Assembly (NCBI GenBank): GCA_050239825.1
Contig: JBFXGO010000004.1
Span: forward strand, 4,590 to 68,589
DNA: 64,000 bases
Reading direction: 5' to 3'
Origin: a bacterium
GTDB taxonomy: Bacteria; Hydrothermota; 32-111
The position numbers and the translations under genes are program-made. Position 1 is the stretch's first letter, and the number at the start of each line of letters is the position of its first letter. The notes under the pieces are model-generated. The model was not told where the DNA came from, did no database searches, and was given only the letters and a program-made list of their open reading frames with translations. This document shows, piece after piece, positions 49,568-58,407 of the stretch.

Positions 49568-50840
49568 CAAGCTCATTCAGCCGCTTCACTGCACAAAAAT
49601 CACCGCACATGGTGCATTCTTTATTTTCTCCTATCTCAGACTCCGATCTGTATCTTGCCGCTTTTAATGGGTCGATTGAATTAATTATCTGTTTGTCCCA
49701 CTCAAGGTTTCTTCTTGCATCTGTCATCTTTCTGTTTTTTCTCAAAGCATACGGCCTCTCTCTTGCAAGGTCTGCGGAGAATGCCGCTATCAGAGACGCA
49801 ACAACTCCCTCCTTTACATCTGCCGGTGTCGGCAGTCGAAGATGCTCCGATGGAGTCACATAGCACAAAAAATCAGCTCCATTATAGGCGGCAATTGCTC
49901 CTCCTATGGCTCCTGCTATGTGGTCGTACCCTGCCGAAATGTCATTGACAAGAGGCCCGAGAACATAAAATGGAACATTGTGGCAGATCCTCTTCATAAG
50001 CTTCACATTCATTTCAATTTGATTCAAAGGAACATGACCCGGACCCTCAACCATAACCTGCACACCTTTGTCTAGAGCCATCTGCGTGAGTTCGCCGAGC
50101 ACTATAAGCTCCTCTATCTGTGCCCTGTCCGAGGCATCAGCGCATGCCCCGGGTCTCATTCCGTCTCCCAATGATATTGTCACATCATACTCGTGTAGTA
50201 TGTCAAGTATTTTATCAAAATGCTCAAAGAGAGGAGATTCTTTACAGTTGTGCTTCATCCAAGCAATTAGAAATGAACCTCCCCTTGATACTACATTCAT
50301 TATTCTTTTTTCATTGAACATCCTGTTCATAGTTGCGATATTAACTCCGGAGTGTATTGTCATGAAATCAACGCCGCTCTTTGCCTGCTCCTCAACCGTC
50401 TTAAGATAGTCGTCTATAGTCATGTCGACAATGTCCTTCTTTTCGTTAGAGAGGTTAAATCCCGTCTCATAGATCGGAACTGTGCCGACCATGACATCGG
50501 ATTCCTCAAGAACTCTCTTCCTTATTATCTTGATTTTACTGCCCAAAGAGAGGTCCATAACGGAGTGCGCTCCGGCATCAATTGCTGTTTTTAGTTTCAA
50601 AATCTCTTCATCAATGTCAATATGATACGGAGAGGAGCCGATATTTGCATTTACTTTTACAGAGAGGCCTTCTCCGATTCCATATATGAATTTTTTCTTT
50701 CTTTTGCTGTTGTTGGGAATAGCTATAATTCCTCTCTTCATTCCTTCAAGTATGAAATTCTCTGACACATTTTCAAAATTCGCCACCTCTTTCATCTCTT
50801 CCGTTATGATATTTTTCAGTGCTTTATCTCTCAGTGTCAT
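49560..50840 (-). CDS. thiC: Phosphomethylpyrimidine synthase
   Basis: 426 aa. The radical-SAM-like C-terminal cluster motif CTMCGDFC is present, and the core is conserved. Confidence 0.9.
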   Translation of the reverse strand: MTLRDKALKNIITEEMKEVANFENVSENFILEGMKRGIIAIPNNSKRKKKFIYGIGEGLSVKVNANIGSSPYHIDIDEEILKLKTAIDAGAHSVMDLSLGSKIKIIRKRVLEESDVMVGTVPIYETGFNLSNEKKDIVDMTIDDYLKTVEEQAKSGVDFMTIHSGVNIATMNRMFNEKRIMNVVSRGGSFLIAWMKHNCKESPLFEHFDKILDILHEYDVTISLGDGMRPGACADASDRAQIEELIVLGELTQMALDKGVQVMVEGPGHVPLNQIEMNVKLMKRICHNVPFYVLGPLVNDISAGYDHIAGAIGGAIAAYNGADFLCYVTPSEHLRLPTPADVKEGVVASLIAAFSADLARERPYALRKNRKMTDARRNLEWDKQIINSIDPLKAARYRSESEIGENKECTMCGDFCAVKRLNELAK

Positions 50841-51876
50841 TTTTTCTCCTTAATATTGATTGTATTTTTTTGATTTCCCTCTCCGGCGAGCCGCTCTCTG
50901 TTATGTAGGAGAGAATTGCGGCATTCATAAAACCTATCTTTAAAACTGCTTTCAGATTGTGCTCTTTTATTCCGCCTATGCATACTGCGGGTACCGAAGA
51001 TTCTTTCAGCATTTTTTCAGCTTCGGAGAGTCCAAGCACCCTGTCTTTTAGAATCTTTGAGTCAGTCGGGAATACGGGTCCTATGCCCACATAATCCGGC
51101 ATCTCTTTCAACGCGCATTTAAGTTGTTTCATATTATGAGTTGATTTTCCTATTATAAGGCCACTCGATTCCCTCCTCGCCGCAAAAACAGGTATGTCGG
51201 TCTGTCCAAGATGCACACCGTCGGCATCTGACAGCAAAGCTATGTCAAGTCTGTCATTAACAATAAAGAGAGTGTCGGAGTTCTTCGTGATTGAGCGTAT
51301 TGCTCTTGCTTTTTTCAGAAGCTCCCTGCCTTCCATAAATTTGTCGCGGAACTGTATGACTCTTATACCATTCTTGACCGCTATTTCGGAGAGTTTTTCG
51401 TATCCGACCTTTGGATTTGTCATGATTATGTAGAGACCCATTTTATCTGCAAACCTTTTTCTTTTCATTGAAATAAAGAGATTTCTTTCAATATCATAGA
51501 GAGAGTATCTCATCTCTTTGAAATTTCCTGTTTTCGAGCCTTCCAATTTTGAAAATTCTTCAAGCGACCTGCATGCCTCCTGGGCTCTGCCGAATGCGCT
51601 TCCAAGGATATCGTCGATTGATGTTCTCTTGTTCATATCAAATGACTGCTCTCGGCCTAAATCCTTTTCACTCTCTCTGAAAGGAAGAGCATACTTTTCA
51701 TAACTTTTCCTGTAATTATCAAACTGAGACCTGAGAAATTTAATTTTCTTTGTTTGTTTTTCATCACTAATATGAAATCTGCATATATCCTCAATCATTC
51801 TCAATGCCTCTGACAGCCGGTTGATATTTACATCAATTATTCTTGGGGACGGTGCTTGTATTTTTGTATTTTTCAT
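50824..51876 (-). CDS. thiE: Thiamine-phosphate synthase (ThiE) with ~140-aa N-terminal extension
   Basis: 350 aa. The C-terminal 210 aa is the ThiE TIM barrel (GLYIIMT..., VIQFRDK, GVHLGQTD, IGGI). The N-terminal 140 aa has no assigned domain. Confidence 0.8.
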   Translation of the reverse strand: MKNTKIQAPSPRIIDVNINRLSEALRMIEDICRFHISDEKQTKKIKFLRSQFDNYRKSYEKYALPFRESEKDLGREQSFDMNKRTSIDDILGSAFGRAQEACRSLEEFSKLEGSKTGNFKEMRYSLYDIERNLFISMKRKRFADKMGLYIIMTNPKVGYEKLSEIAVKNGIRVIQFRDKFMEGRELLKKARAIRSITKNSDTLFIVNDRLDIALLSDADGVHLGQTDIPVFAARRESSGLIIGKSTHNMKQLKCALKEMPDYVGIGPVFPTDSKILKDRVLGLSEAEKMLKESSVPAVCIGGIKEHNLKAVLKIGFMNAAILSYITESGSPEREIKKIQSILRRKNDTER

Positions 51877-51877
51877 A

Positions 51878-52669
51878 CTATCCCCTTCTTATACTCTCCT
51901 TTAAAAGTCCGTATGCTTTCTGCCCTGAAAGAAGCATTCCGCCAAATATAGGACCCATCCTGAATCCTCCGCACACTCCATTTGCGGCCATGCCTGAAAC
52001 AAAGAAATTTTTGTAAATTTCTTTTGTGTTTTCGACTGTCTGTTTCTCTCCTACTTCCGCATTCATCGGCTTCTCTCCTTCAAATTCTCCTGACGGGGTG
52101 TTAAGCCTGACTCCTGCCTTTTTAACCAGAGTATTCGCAAGCTCCGCGGGATGCCCTGTTGAATCCATCACAGTTTTTGAATAGACGGTTATAGGGTCGA
52201 CATGAAGCCCCATATGCTCAACCGGAGTCCAATTTATCACAATTCCGCACACTGAATCATTCTTAAAGACAGTGTCAACAACTTTTACAAGATTGAAGAG
52301 CTTCGCTCCTGAATTCACGGCAGAGTTTATAAGCGCGGAAGTGCACTCAACAGAATCGCATGTAAAGTAATCATCGTTATGCTCCTTCACTCTCACATTG
52401 AACATTTTGAGAACATTTAGAGCCTCTCTCTGCACTACTATTTCATTGAACATCATTCCGCCGCCCCACATGCCGCCTCCGGGAGCAAGTTTCGATTCAT
52501 AGACCGCAACATTAAATCCGTCTTTCGCCAAAAGAGCTGCCGCCACAAGACCTGACGGACCTGCGCCTACTATTGCGGCATCAAGATGCAATGAATCTTT
52601 CAGCTTCTTAAAGTAAGAGTCTATTATCAGTTCGCTCACCTTTGTGTCATCAAGCATTTTAACCTCCAT
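51878..52669 (-). CDS. thi4: Thi4-family thiazole synthase (archaeal/eukaryotic type)
   Basis: 263 aa with FAD/NAD-binding AIVGAGPSGLVAAALLAK and the conserved GMWGGGMMF motif of Thi4. Confidence 0.85.
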   Translation of the reverse strand: MEVKMLDDTKVSELIIDSYFKKLKDSLHLDAAIVGAGPSGLVAAALLAKDGFNVAVYESKLAPGGGMWGGGMMFNEIVVQREALNVLKMFNVRVKEHNDDYFTCDSVECTSALINSAVNSGAKLFNLVKVVDTVFKNDSVCGIVINWTPVEHMGLHVDPITVYSKTVMDSTGHPAELANTLVKKAGVRLNTPSGEFEGEKPMNAEVGEKQTVENTKEIYKNFFVSGMAANGVCGGFRMGPIFGGMLLSGQKAYGLLKESIRRG

Positions 52670-52699
52670 TAAGAATAAAAAAAATCAGGGGAACCTGAT

Positions 52700-52795
52700 T
52701 TTGTAATTTTCCTACGGCAGAATTACCTGCATCAGGTTCAAGGGTCAGCGGAAAAGACCGCTTTCTCAGCCACTTTTAGTAGCTCCCCAAATAGA
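52700..52795 (-). promoter_or_regulatory. TPP (thiamine pyrophosphate) riboswitch controlling thi4-thiE-thiC
   Basis: The minus-strand sequence reads GGGGAGC...GGCUGAGA...GACCCUUGAACCUGAUGCAGGUAAUUCUGCCGUAGGAA. This matches the THI-box consensus CUGAGA...ACCCUUUGAACCUGAUCUGGAUAAUGCCAGCGUAGGGAA. It is followed by the hairpin aaatcaggggaacctgattt before the RBS and start. Confidence 0.85.
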
Positions 52796-52839
52796 TTAAA
52801 CACCATATCAAACATAAAGTCAAGACCCGCATCTTAAAA

Positions 52840-54116
52840 ACGCAATCTGACAGGTAATTCAGTTACGAGTTTCGGGTTGCGGGTTACGAGTTTAAATACA
52901 ATAGGACAGATGATTAAATGACTTGTCTTTACATTTCCGAGGAAAAATTCCAGTACAGCCAGCAAAACAGCCGTGAGCCGTGTGCCATGTGCCTTGAGCT
53001 TAATACGGGGAGTTGAGTAAGATTTTGCCTTTACATTTCCGAATGAGAAGCCTGTCCACAGCGCTCGTCTTTTCAATGCTTCTCATGAGGACAATCAATT
53101 AAATAACTTATTGATACACGAAAGCTACAAGTCGGCGAGGACGCTTCGCGCAGACGCCCATCAAGTGGTTCTCTCCTCGCTCCGCTAACCCATCTTGATA
53201 TAGCGGCGAAGCGGAGTGTGCGAGCCGACGCTATGCCCGCGTGCAGCCAGCAAAACAGCCCTGAGCCGTGTGCCATGTGCCATGAGCTTAATACGGGGAG
53301 TTGAGTAAGATTTTGCCTTTACATTTCCGAATGAGAAGCCTGTCCACAGCGCTCGTCTTTTCAATGCTTCTCATGAGGACAATCAATTAGATAACTTATT
53401 GATACACGAAAGCTACAAGTCGGCGAGGACGCTTCGCGCAGACGCCCATCAAGTGGTTCTCTCCTTGCTCCGCTAACCCATCTTGATATAGCGGCGAAGC
53501 GGAGTGTGCGAGCCGACGCTATGCCCGCGTGCAGCCCCAGTTCAATCTTCAATTATCAATCAACAATAAAATGATAGACCCTTCACGATAGTCATAACCA
53601 CAGAGGCGTTCAGGGTGACACGGTTGAGTAAGATTTTGTCTTTACAATAATCTTCACAAAGTTCTGGTGCAACCCGAGGCGTCTATCATGTGCGTTCGCG
53701 CACATTACACCCTCGCCAATGTGGGGACATTCCTTCGGTGTGTCCCCACTGCAACATTCAATTAATTAACTTATTGATACACGAAAGCTACAAGTCGGCG
53801 AGGACGCTCCGCGAAGACGCCCATCAAGTGGTTCTCTCCTTGCTCCGCTAACCCATCTTGATATAGCGGCGAAGCGGAGTGTGCGAGCCGACGCTATGCC
53901 CGCGTGCAGCCCCAGTTCAATCTTCAATTATCAATCAACAATAAAATGATAGACCCTTCACGATAGTCATAACCATAGAGGCGTTCAGGGTGACACGGTT
54001 GAGTCATAACCATAGAGGCGTTCAGGGTGACACTATTGAGTCATAACCACAGAGGCGTTCAGGGTGACACGGTTGAGTAAGATTTTGTCTTTACAGACTG
54101 GTGTTCAAGCTGACGC
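52840..54116. repeat. Repeat-dense GC-rich non-coding region: nested direct repeats and hairpins
   Basis: A 288-bp unit at 52955-53247 recurs nearly identically at 53243-53535. A third copy of its 142-bp sub-unit lies at 53769-53910. The 37-mer tcataaccayagaggcgttcagggtgacacggttgag occurs once at 53591-53627 and as three tandem copies at 53966-54076. The motif ttgagtaagattttgyctttaca recurs five times. The module ttcagttacgagtttcgggttgcgggttacgagtttaaatacaat lies at 52858-52905. Confidence 0.85.
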
Positions 54117-54869
54117 TTACTCTTCTAACAACCTCAAAATTCCGTTTATAACTGTCAAAGGGTGCACAGGACAACCGGGTATGTATAAATCAATTTTATG
54201 ATTTTTCATAAATTCTCTATTCAATGCATCTGACCCTGAAAAGATTCCACCGCTAATTGCGCATGCTCCTGCCAGTATGATGATTTTAGGTTCAGGCACT
54301 GCTTTGTATGTCTCCTCAAGCGCCTCTGCCATATTCTCACTCACCGGTCCCGTTATTATTATGCCGTCTGCATGGCGCGGGCTTGCCACAATATCCACTC
54401 CGAATCTTCCCATATCAAAATTGACATTTGAACACGCATTAAGTTCCATCTCACATCCATTGCATCCTCCGGCTGAGACTGAGCGAAGTTTCAATGATTT
54501 TTTGAAGATTTTTTTTATGTCGGCTCTTGTTTTAATGGCGTCTCTGAACCTAATCTTATATTCAGTATTTGCCGTCACTATAAGCTTCTCCCTCGAATCG
54601 CATGAAATTCTGTGCTCATCAGTAAATTTCACAATATTCTCCCCGAGCTTTCTTTCGCACTTCCCGCAGAAAGTGCATTTGCCGAGGTCTATCGAGAATG
54701 GCGCATTTAAAATTGCATCGGCAGGGCAGAGACCCTCTATTTCGCTTTTGATTAGATTCTCTTTCTTAATTTCAGGGAATCCCCTGAACATCTCATTGAC
54801 TTTTGCATTTTTAACATCAGGTATAAACTGACGCCCCTGTCTTAATGATATTTTTATGTTTTCAAACAT
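54117..54869 (-). CDS. Complex-I/hydrogenase small-subunit homologue (NuoB/HyfI-like) with N-terminal degenerate ferredoxin segment
   Basis: 250 aa. Proximal [4Fe-4S] ligand motifs GGCNGCEMEL, GACAISGG and PGCPVHP. The N-terminus (CP...CTFCGKC) is a half-degenerate 4Fe-4S ferredoxin motif. Confidence 0.8.
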   Translation of the reverse strand: MFENIKISLRQGRQFIPDVKNAKVNEMFRGFPEIKKENLIKSEIEGLCPADAILNAPFSIDLGKCTFCGKCERKLGENIVKFTDEHRISCDSREKLIVTANTEYKIRFRDAIKTRADIKKIFKKSLKLRSVSAGGCNGCEMELNACSNVNFDMGRFGVDIVASPRHADGIIITGPVSENMAEALEETYKAVPEPKIIILAGACAISGGIFSGSDALNREFMKNHKIDLYIPGCPVHPLTVINGILRLLEE

Positions 54870-54875
54870 AGCACC

Positions 54876-56387
54876 TCACAGATCATTTCCGCAGTATGAA
54901 AGGTTAAAACTCTTGTTGCACAGAGGGAAATCCGATATGCCGTTTCCTCTGACAGAGAGAGCAAGCGCGAACCAGTTGTTGAATGAAGGGTCCTTTATCT
55001 TATATCTTGCCCTGTTCTTTTCATCTGTCACAACTGCATGCACGACCTCTCCCCTCCACCCTTCAATAAGAGATATCAGGAATGTGTTTGATGGAATTTC
55101 CATTTTCTCGGGAACCGACACAGATGGAGAATCACCCAGTACCATAAGAAGTTCATTTATATAATTCATTGACTGCTGCATTTCAAGATACCTCAGATAT
55201 GCCCTCGCAAAAACATCGCCAGTGTCGAGAGAAAGAGGATGAATCGGATACTTCCTGTATGCTCCGAAAGGATGATCGCTCCTTGAATCAATCTTCACTC
55301 CTGATGCGCGCGCCGCCATGCCGACGAAGCCGCATTCTCGCGCCTGCTTTGCCGTTACTGCCCCAGTATTTTCAAGTCTCGAAAGAACCGAGGGCGAATC
55401 AAACATCTCTTCACACAACTGCTCCATATTTTCCCTGACAATATGAAGATTTTTCTTTATCAGATTTCTCTTTTTTTCTGTTATCCTGTAATTATTCTTT
55501 CCAATTCCTATGAATCCCCTTCCGAACCTGCTTCCGCAGATTGCAAGCATTGTGTTTATCACATAAGTCCTATTTGCTCCTGAGACTGCACTCCCTATCA
55601 TGTATGCCACATCATTGGCTATAGCTCCAATATCTCCTATATGAACTGCGATTCTTTCCATCTCAAGAGCTATCGCTCTCTCAAGAAGTTCATCTTCCGT
55701 CGGTTTAATATCGAGAGTTCCTTCAATTATACTGCTGTACGCATAGGCATTTCCAATCACAGTGTCACCCGTAATCGATTCAGCCAATTCCATTTTGTCT
55801 GTAATATTTCCCTTCAAAAAGAGATTTTCAACCCCTCTGTGCTGGTAACCGAGCTGTATTTCGAGATGAATTATCTTTTCTCCTTCGCATAAGAATCTGA
55901 AATGACCGGGTTCAATAACTCCTGCATGAACAGGACCGACTGCGACCTGATGGATTTCATCGCTTGAAATTGTATAAAAGGGGTAATCATAGGTTTTCGC
56001 TTTATTATCAAATTTACAGTGCGGATATCTGACCGGCTTTAGGAAAGGATGCCCCTCCGGGACAATCCCCCACTCTTCAAACAATTCTCTTTCAAACAAA
56101 TTGAATGAAGGATGATAATTCGTAAGTGATTCATACTTCATTCTCTGTTTTTCAAAGAGTGTTGAGACGATGTACATCAAAGAGTTGTTGTCATCGCTCA
56201 TCACTGCATAAACTCTCACGCTTTCTCCCTCTTTCTTTCCGAACAGAAGTATGCACCTCTTTGATTCATCTACAGATTTTTTTAAAAATGAGATAAATTC
56301 GTTTATGTTAAGATCCGGTATTTCTTTTGTGCTTATTTTTAATCCGTTTTTGATTTTGGTTGATTCCATCATTTTCTCCCAATCCAA
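54876..56387 (-). CDS. Fused NuoC-NuoD / hydrogenase large-subunit homologue lacking NiFe-ligating cysteines (Ehr-type)
   Basis: 503 aa. The NuoC-like N-terminus (NLFERELFEEWGIVPEGHPFL) precedes a NuoD/HycE-like core (GPVHAGVIEPGHFRF...LGYQHRGVENL). The L1 position reads SITGDTVIGNAY (no CxxC) and the C-terminus NLSYCGNDL carries one Cys instead of DPCxxC. Confidence 0.8.
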   Translation of the reverse strand: MDWEKMMESTKIKNGLKISTKEIPDLNINEFISFLKKSVDESKRCILLFGKKEGESVRVYAVMSDDNNSLMYIVSTLFEKQRMKYESLTNYHPSFNLFERELFEEWGIVPEGHPFLKPVRYPHCKFDNKAKTYDYPFYTISSDEIHQVAVGPVHAGVIEPGHFRFLCEGEKIIHLEIQLGYQHRGVENLFLKGNITDKMELAESITGDTVIGNAYAYSSIIEGTLDIKPTEDELLERAIALEMERIAVHIGDIGAIANDVAYMIGSAVSGANRTYVINTMLAICGSRFGRGFIGIGKNNYRITEKKRNLIKKNLHIVRENMEQLCEEMFDSPSVLSRLENTGAVTAKQARECGFVGMAARASGVKIDSRSDHPFGAYRKYPIHPLSLDTGDVFARAYLRYLEMQQSMNYINELLMVLGDSPSVSVPEKMEIPSNTFLISLIEGWRGEVVHAVVTDEKNRARYKIKDPSFNNWFALALSVRGNGISDFPLCNKSFNLSYCGNDL

Positions 56388-57772
56388 TGAGCCGCATTTT
56401 CCAGCATCTCCTTAACCGGTTCAGGCATGTAAAATCCAAGCAGGAAACAGACCAGTATAAGAATAATCTGAGGAATATAGCCCGGCAAACTTTCATCTGA
56501 CTTCCCGCTCTTTTCTCCTGAAAAGAGCATGGTTATAACCATCTTCATGAAGCCATAGAATAGTGCCGTCAGAAGAACAAGAATAACTGCGAGTTCCAGA
56601 TACATGCTTTTTTCCAGAAGATTCTTCACAAGCAGAAATTCGCTTAGGAACGAGAGAGAGGATGGTATTCCAAGTATTCCGAGAGCAGATAACAGGAAAA
56701 TGATTCCCGTTTTCTTCATATCATTGAACACATTTCCCGTCTCATCATAATGTTTTGTTTTGTATTTTTCAAGAATATTTCCTGTTGTAAGAAATAAGGA
56801 TGCCTTCATCATTGAATGTCCGAGAAGATGAATCATACCCGCAAGAAGACCCAATCCGCCGCTGCCTAATGACAGGGCTATTATTCCCATATTCTCCACA
56901 GAAGAGTAAGCGAGCATTCTCTTATAGTTCTTAATCCTTAATATGAATACTGTCGAAACGAATATCGAAAGAATGCCCATCACAACAAGCATGGTGCCGG
57001 CAAAATGCTCTGCATTGAATATGTACATCACCTTCAAAACTCTTATGATTCCTATTAGGGCTGTATTTAGAAGAGTCGCCGACAGCATCGCGGAAACGGG
57101 AGACGGGGCTTCAGAGTGCGCGTCGGGAAGCCAGAAATGCAGAGGAGCAAGACCCATTTTTGTTCCAAATCCTATGAGAATGAACAGAAATGATATTTTT
57201 AAAAACAGAGGGGTCACTCCGTCGGTGTAATTGTAAAAATCCGCGAAAAAGAGCGAGTCGGCATGCTTGAATGTTATTGATAAAAATATTATTCCTAAAA
57301 AACCGATAGCTATGCCGATGGAGCATATAAAGACATATTTCCATGCGGCTTCAAGAGAGTGCTTTGTTTTGCTGAAATAAATGAGAGGCGCAGTGAGTAT
57401 TGTCGTCGCTTCAAGAAGAACCCAATAAAGTCCGATGTGCTGAGCCATAAGAGATAGCATCATCAGCAAATCAAATAAAATGAAACACACTGTATATACA
57501 GAGTGCCATGTGTTGTCAGGATTATTTTTCTTTAAAAATTCAACAGAGTAAATTGATGACGCGAAAAAGACAAGCGATAAAACAAATAAAAAGGGTTTGT
57601 TAAGAGAATCAACAGCAATGAACTTTGTCGAAATCTGATTTACAAACAGAATGTAGAGTGTGAATATCAGATTAATCACGCCGTTGACAGCGAGCAGTAC
57701 ATAATCAGCGGACCTTCTCCTTAGAAGAGCCGATGCCGATGCAAACAATAAAGGCAAAATAAAATAGTACAT
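56369..57772 (-). CDS. NuoM/NuoN/HyfF-like antiporter-type membrane subunit
   Basis: 467 aa, about 14 TM segments, with the Mrp/NuoLMN-family conserved core (GLAPLHFWLPDAHSEAPSPVSA). Confidence 0.75.
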   Translation of the reverse strand: MYYFILPLLFASASALLRRRSADYVLLAVNGVINLIFTLYILFVNQISTKFIAVDSLNKPFLFVLSLVFFASSIYSVEFLKKNNPDNTWHSVYTVCFILFDLLMMLSLMAQHIGLYWVLLEATTILTAPLIYFSKTKHSLEAAWKYVFICSIGIAIGFLGIIFLSITFKHADSLFFADFYNYTDGVTPLFLKISFLFILIGFGTKMGLAPLHFWLPDAHSEAPSPVSAMLSATLLNTALIGIIRVLKVMYIFNAEHFAGTMLVVMGILSIFVSTVFILRIKNYKRMLAYSSVENMGIIALSLGSGGLGLLAGMIHLLGHSMMKASLFLTTGNILEKYKTKHYDETGNVFNDMKKTGIIFLLSALGILGIPSSLSFLSEFLLVKNLLEKSMYLELAVILVLLTALFYGFMKMVITMLFSGEKSGKSDESLPGYIPQIILILVCFLLGFYMPEPVKEMLENAAHWIGRK

Positions 57773-58407
57773 CAGTCCCTCAGGTCCGTCAGATTGTCTA
57801 TGTTGTCGTCATTATAACTCTCCTTTATCCTCGAAATAAAAAAGCCTGAAATGAAGACAATCATGAAGAGTTCGAGCAAAACTCCAAGATTCACGATGAG
57901 AGGCATCTCCTTTAAAAGAGAGAGTGAAAACAGAAAGATTCCGTTTTCAAACACCATGTAACCCATTATATGCGTTATCAGCCGTTTCTTTGTAAGTATA
58001 ATGTACATTCCGGCGATTATTGAAGAGAATGCCACACCAAAATGAAATGGATTGGAGTAGCTTAAAAGATCTTTTGTATAAAACGAGAGCAAAAATCCGA
58101 ATGAAAATATAAGTATCATCGCGAGTATTGAGAAGAAACTTGATATAGAAACATCAACATCCCTTGATGCTTCATTCTGATAAACAATTCTTCCGAGTAT
58201 ATATGGAATCAGAATTGTCTTGAAACCGATTGTCTCCAAAAGAATAAATATCAGATTCGGCAGATTTGTCTCTTTCATATTTATAAGCACAATCAGAAAA
58301 AGAATCACACCCTGAGCCGATAGAGCGCCTATATATGCTTTAAGGCGGCTCGTCACCGAAAAGTATATGACTGTTCCCGCGAACAATACAAGCAGGGCAA
58401 AGTACAT
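57772..58407 (-). CDS. HyfE-like small membrane subunit
   Basis: 211 aa with about 6-7 TM segments. Its size and position between the NuoH-like and NuoN-like genes match hydrogenase-4 subunit E. Confidence 0.5.
   Translation of the reverse strand: MYFALLVLFAGTVIYFSVTSRLKAYIGALSAQGVILFLIVLINMKETNLPNLIFILLETIGFKTILIPYILGRIVYQNEASRDVDVSISSFFSILAMILIFSFGFLLSFYTKDLLSYSNPFHFGVAFSSIIAGMYIILTKKRLITHIMGYMVFENGIFLFSLSLLKEMPLIVNLGVLLELFMIVFISGFFISRIKESYNDDNIDNLTDLRD

Noticed and set aside
52834-53076. 80-aa minus-strand ORF at the 5' edge of the repeat region
   Set aside because: It overlaps the repeat modules, has no RBS, and is probably non-coding.
53073-53552. ORFs 53073..53276 and 53361..53552 (minus) with near-identical 63-67-aa products
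   Set aside because: They are translations of the duplicated GC-rich 288-bp repeat unit (Arg/Ala/Ser-rich, low complexity). No RBS is present, so they were treated as non-coding.
53966-54094. Possible mini-CRISPR array (37-nt repeats, a typical CRISPR repeat length)
   Set aside because: The three 37-mers are directly abutting with no spacers. No cas genes or leader are in the window, and the same 37-mer also occurs singly inside a longer repeat module. It is a tandem repeat and not a CRISPR array.
54876-56387. Calling the large subunit a bona fide [NiFe] hydrogenase (HyfG/HycE)
   Set aside because: Both CxxC ligand pairs are absent at the aligned positions. It is called Ehr-type or NuoD-like and not a hydrogenase.
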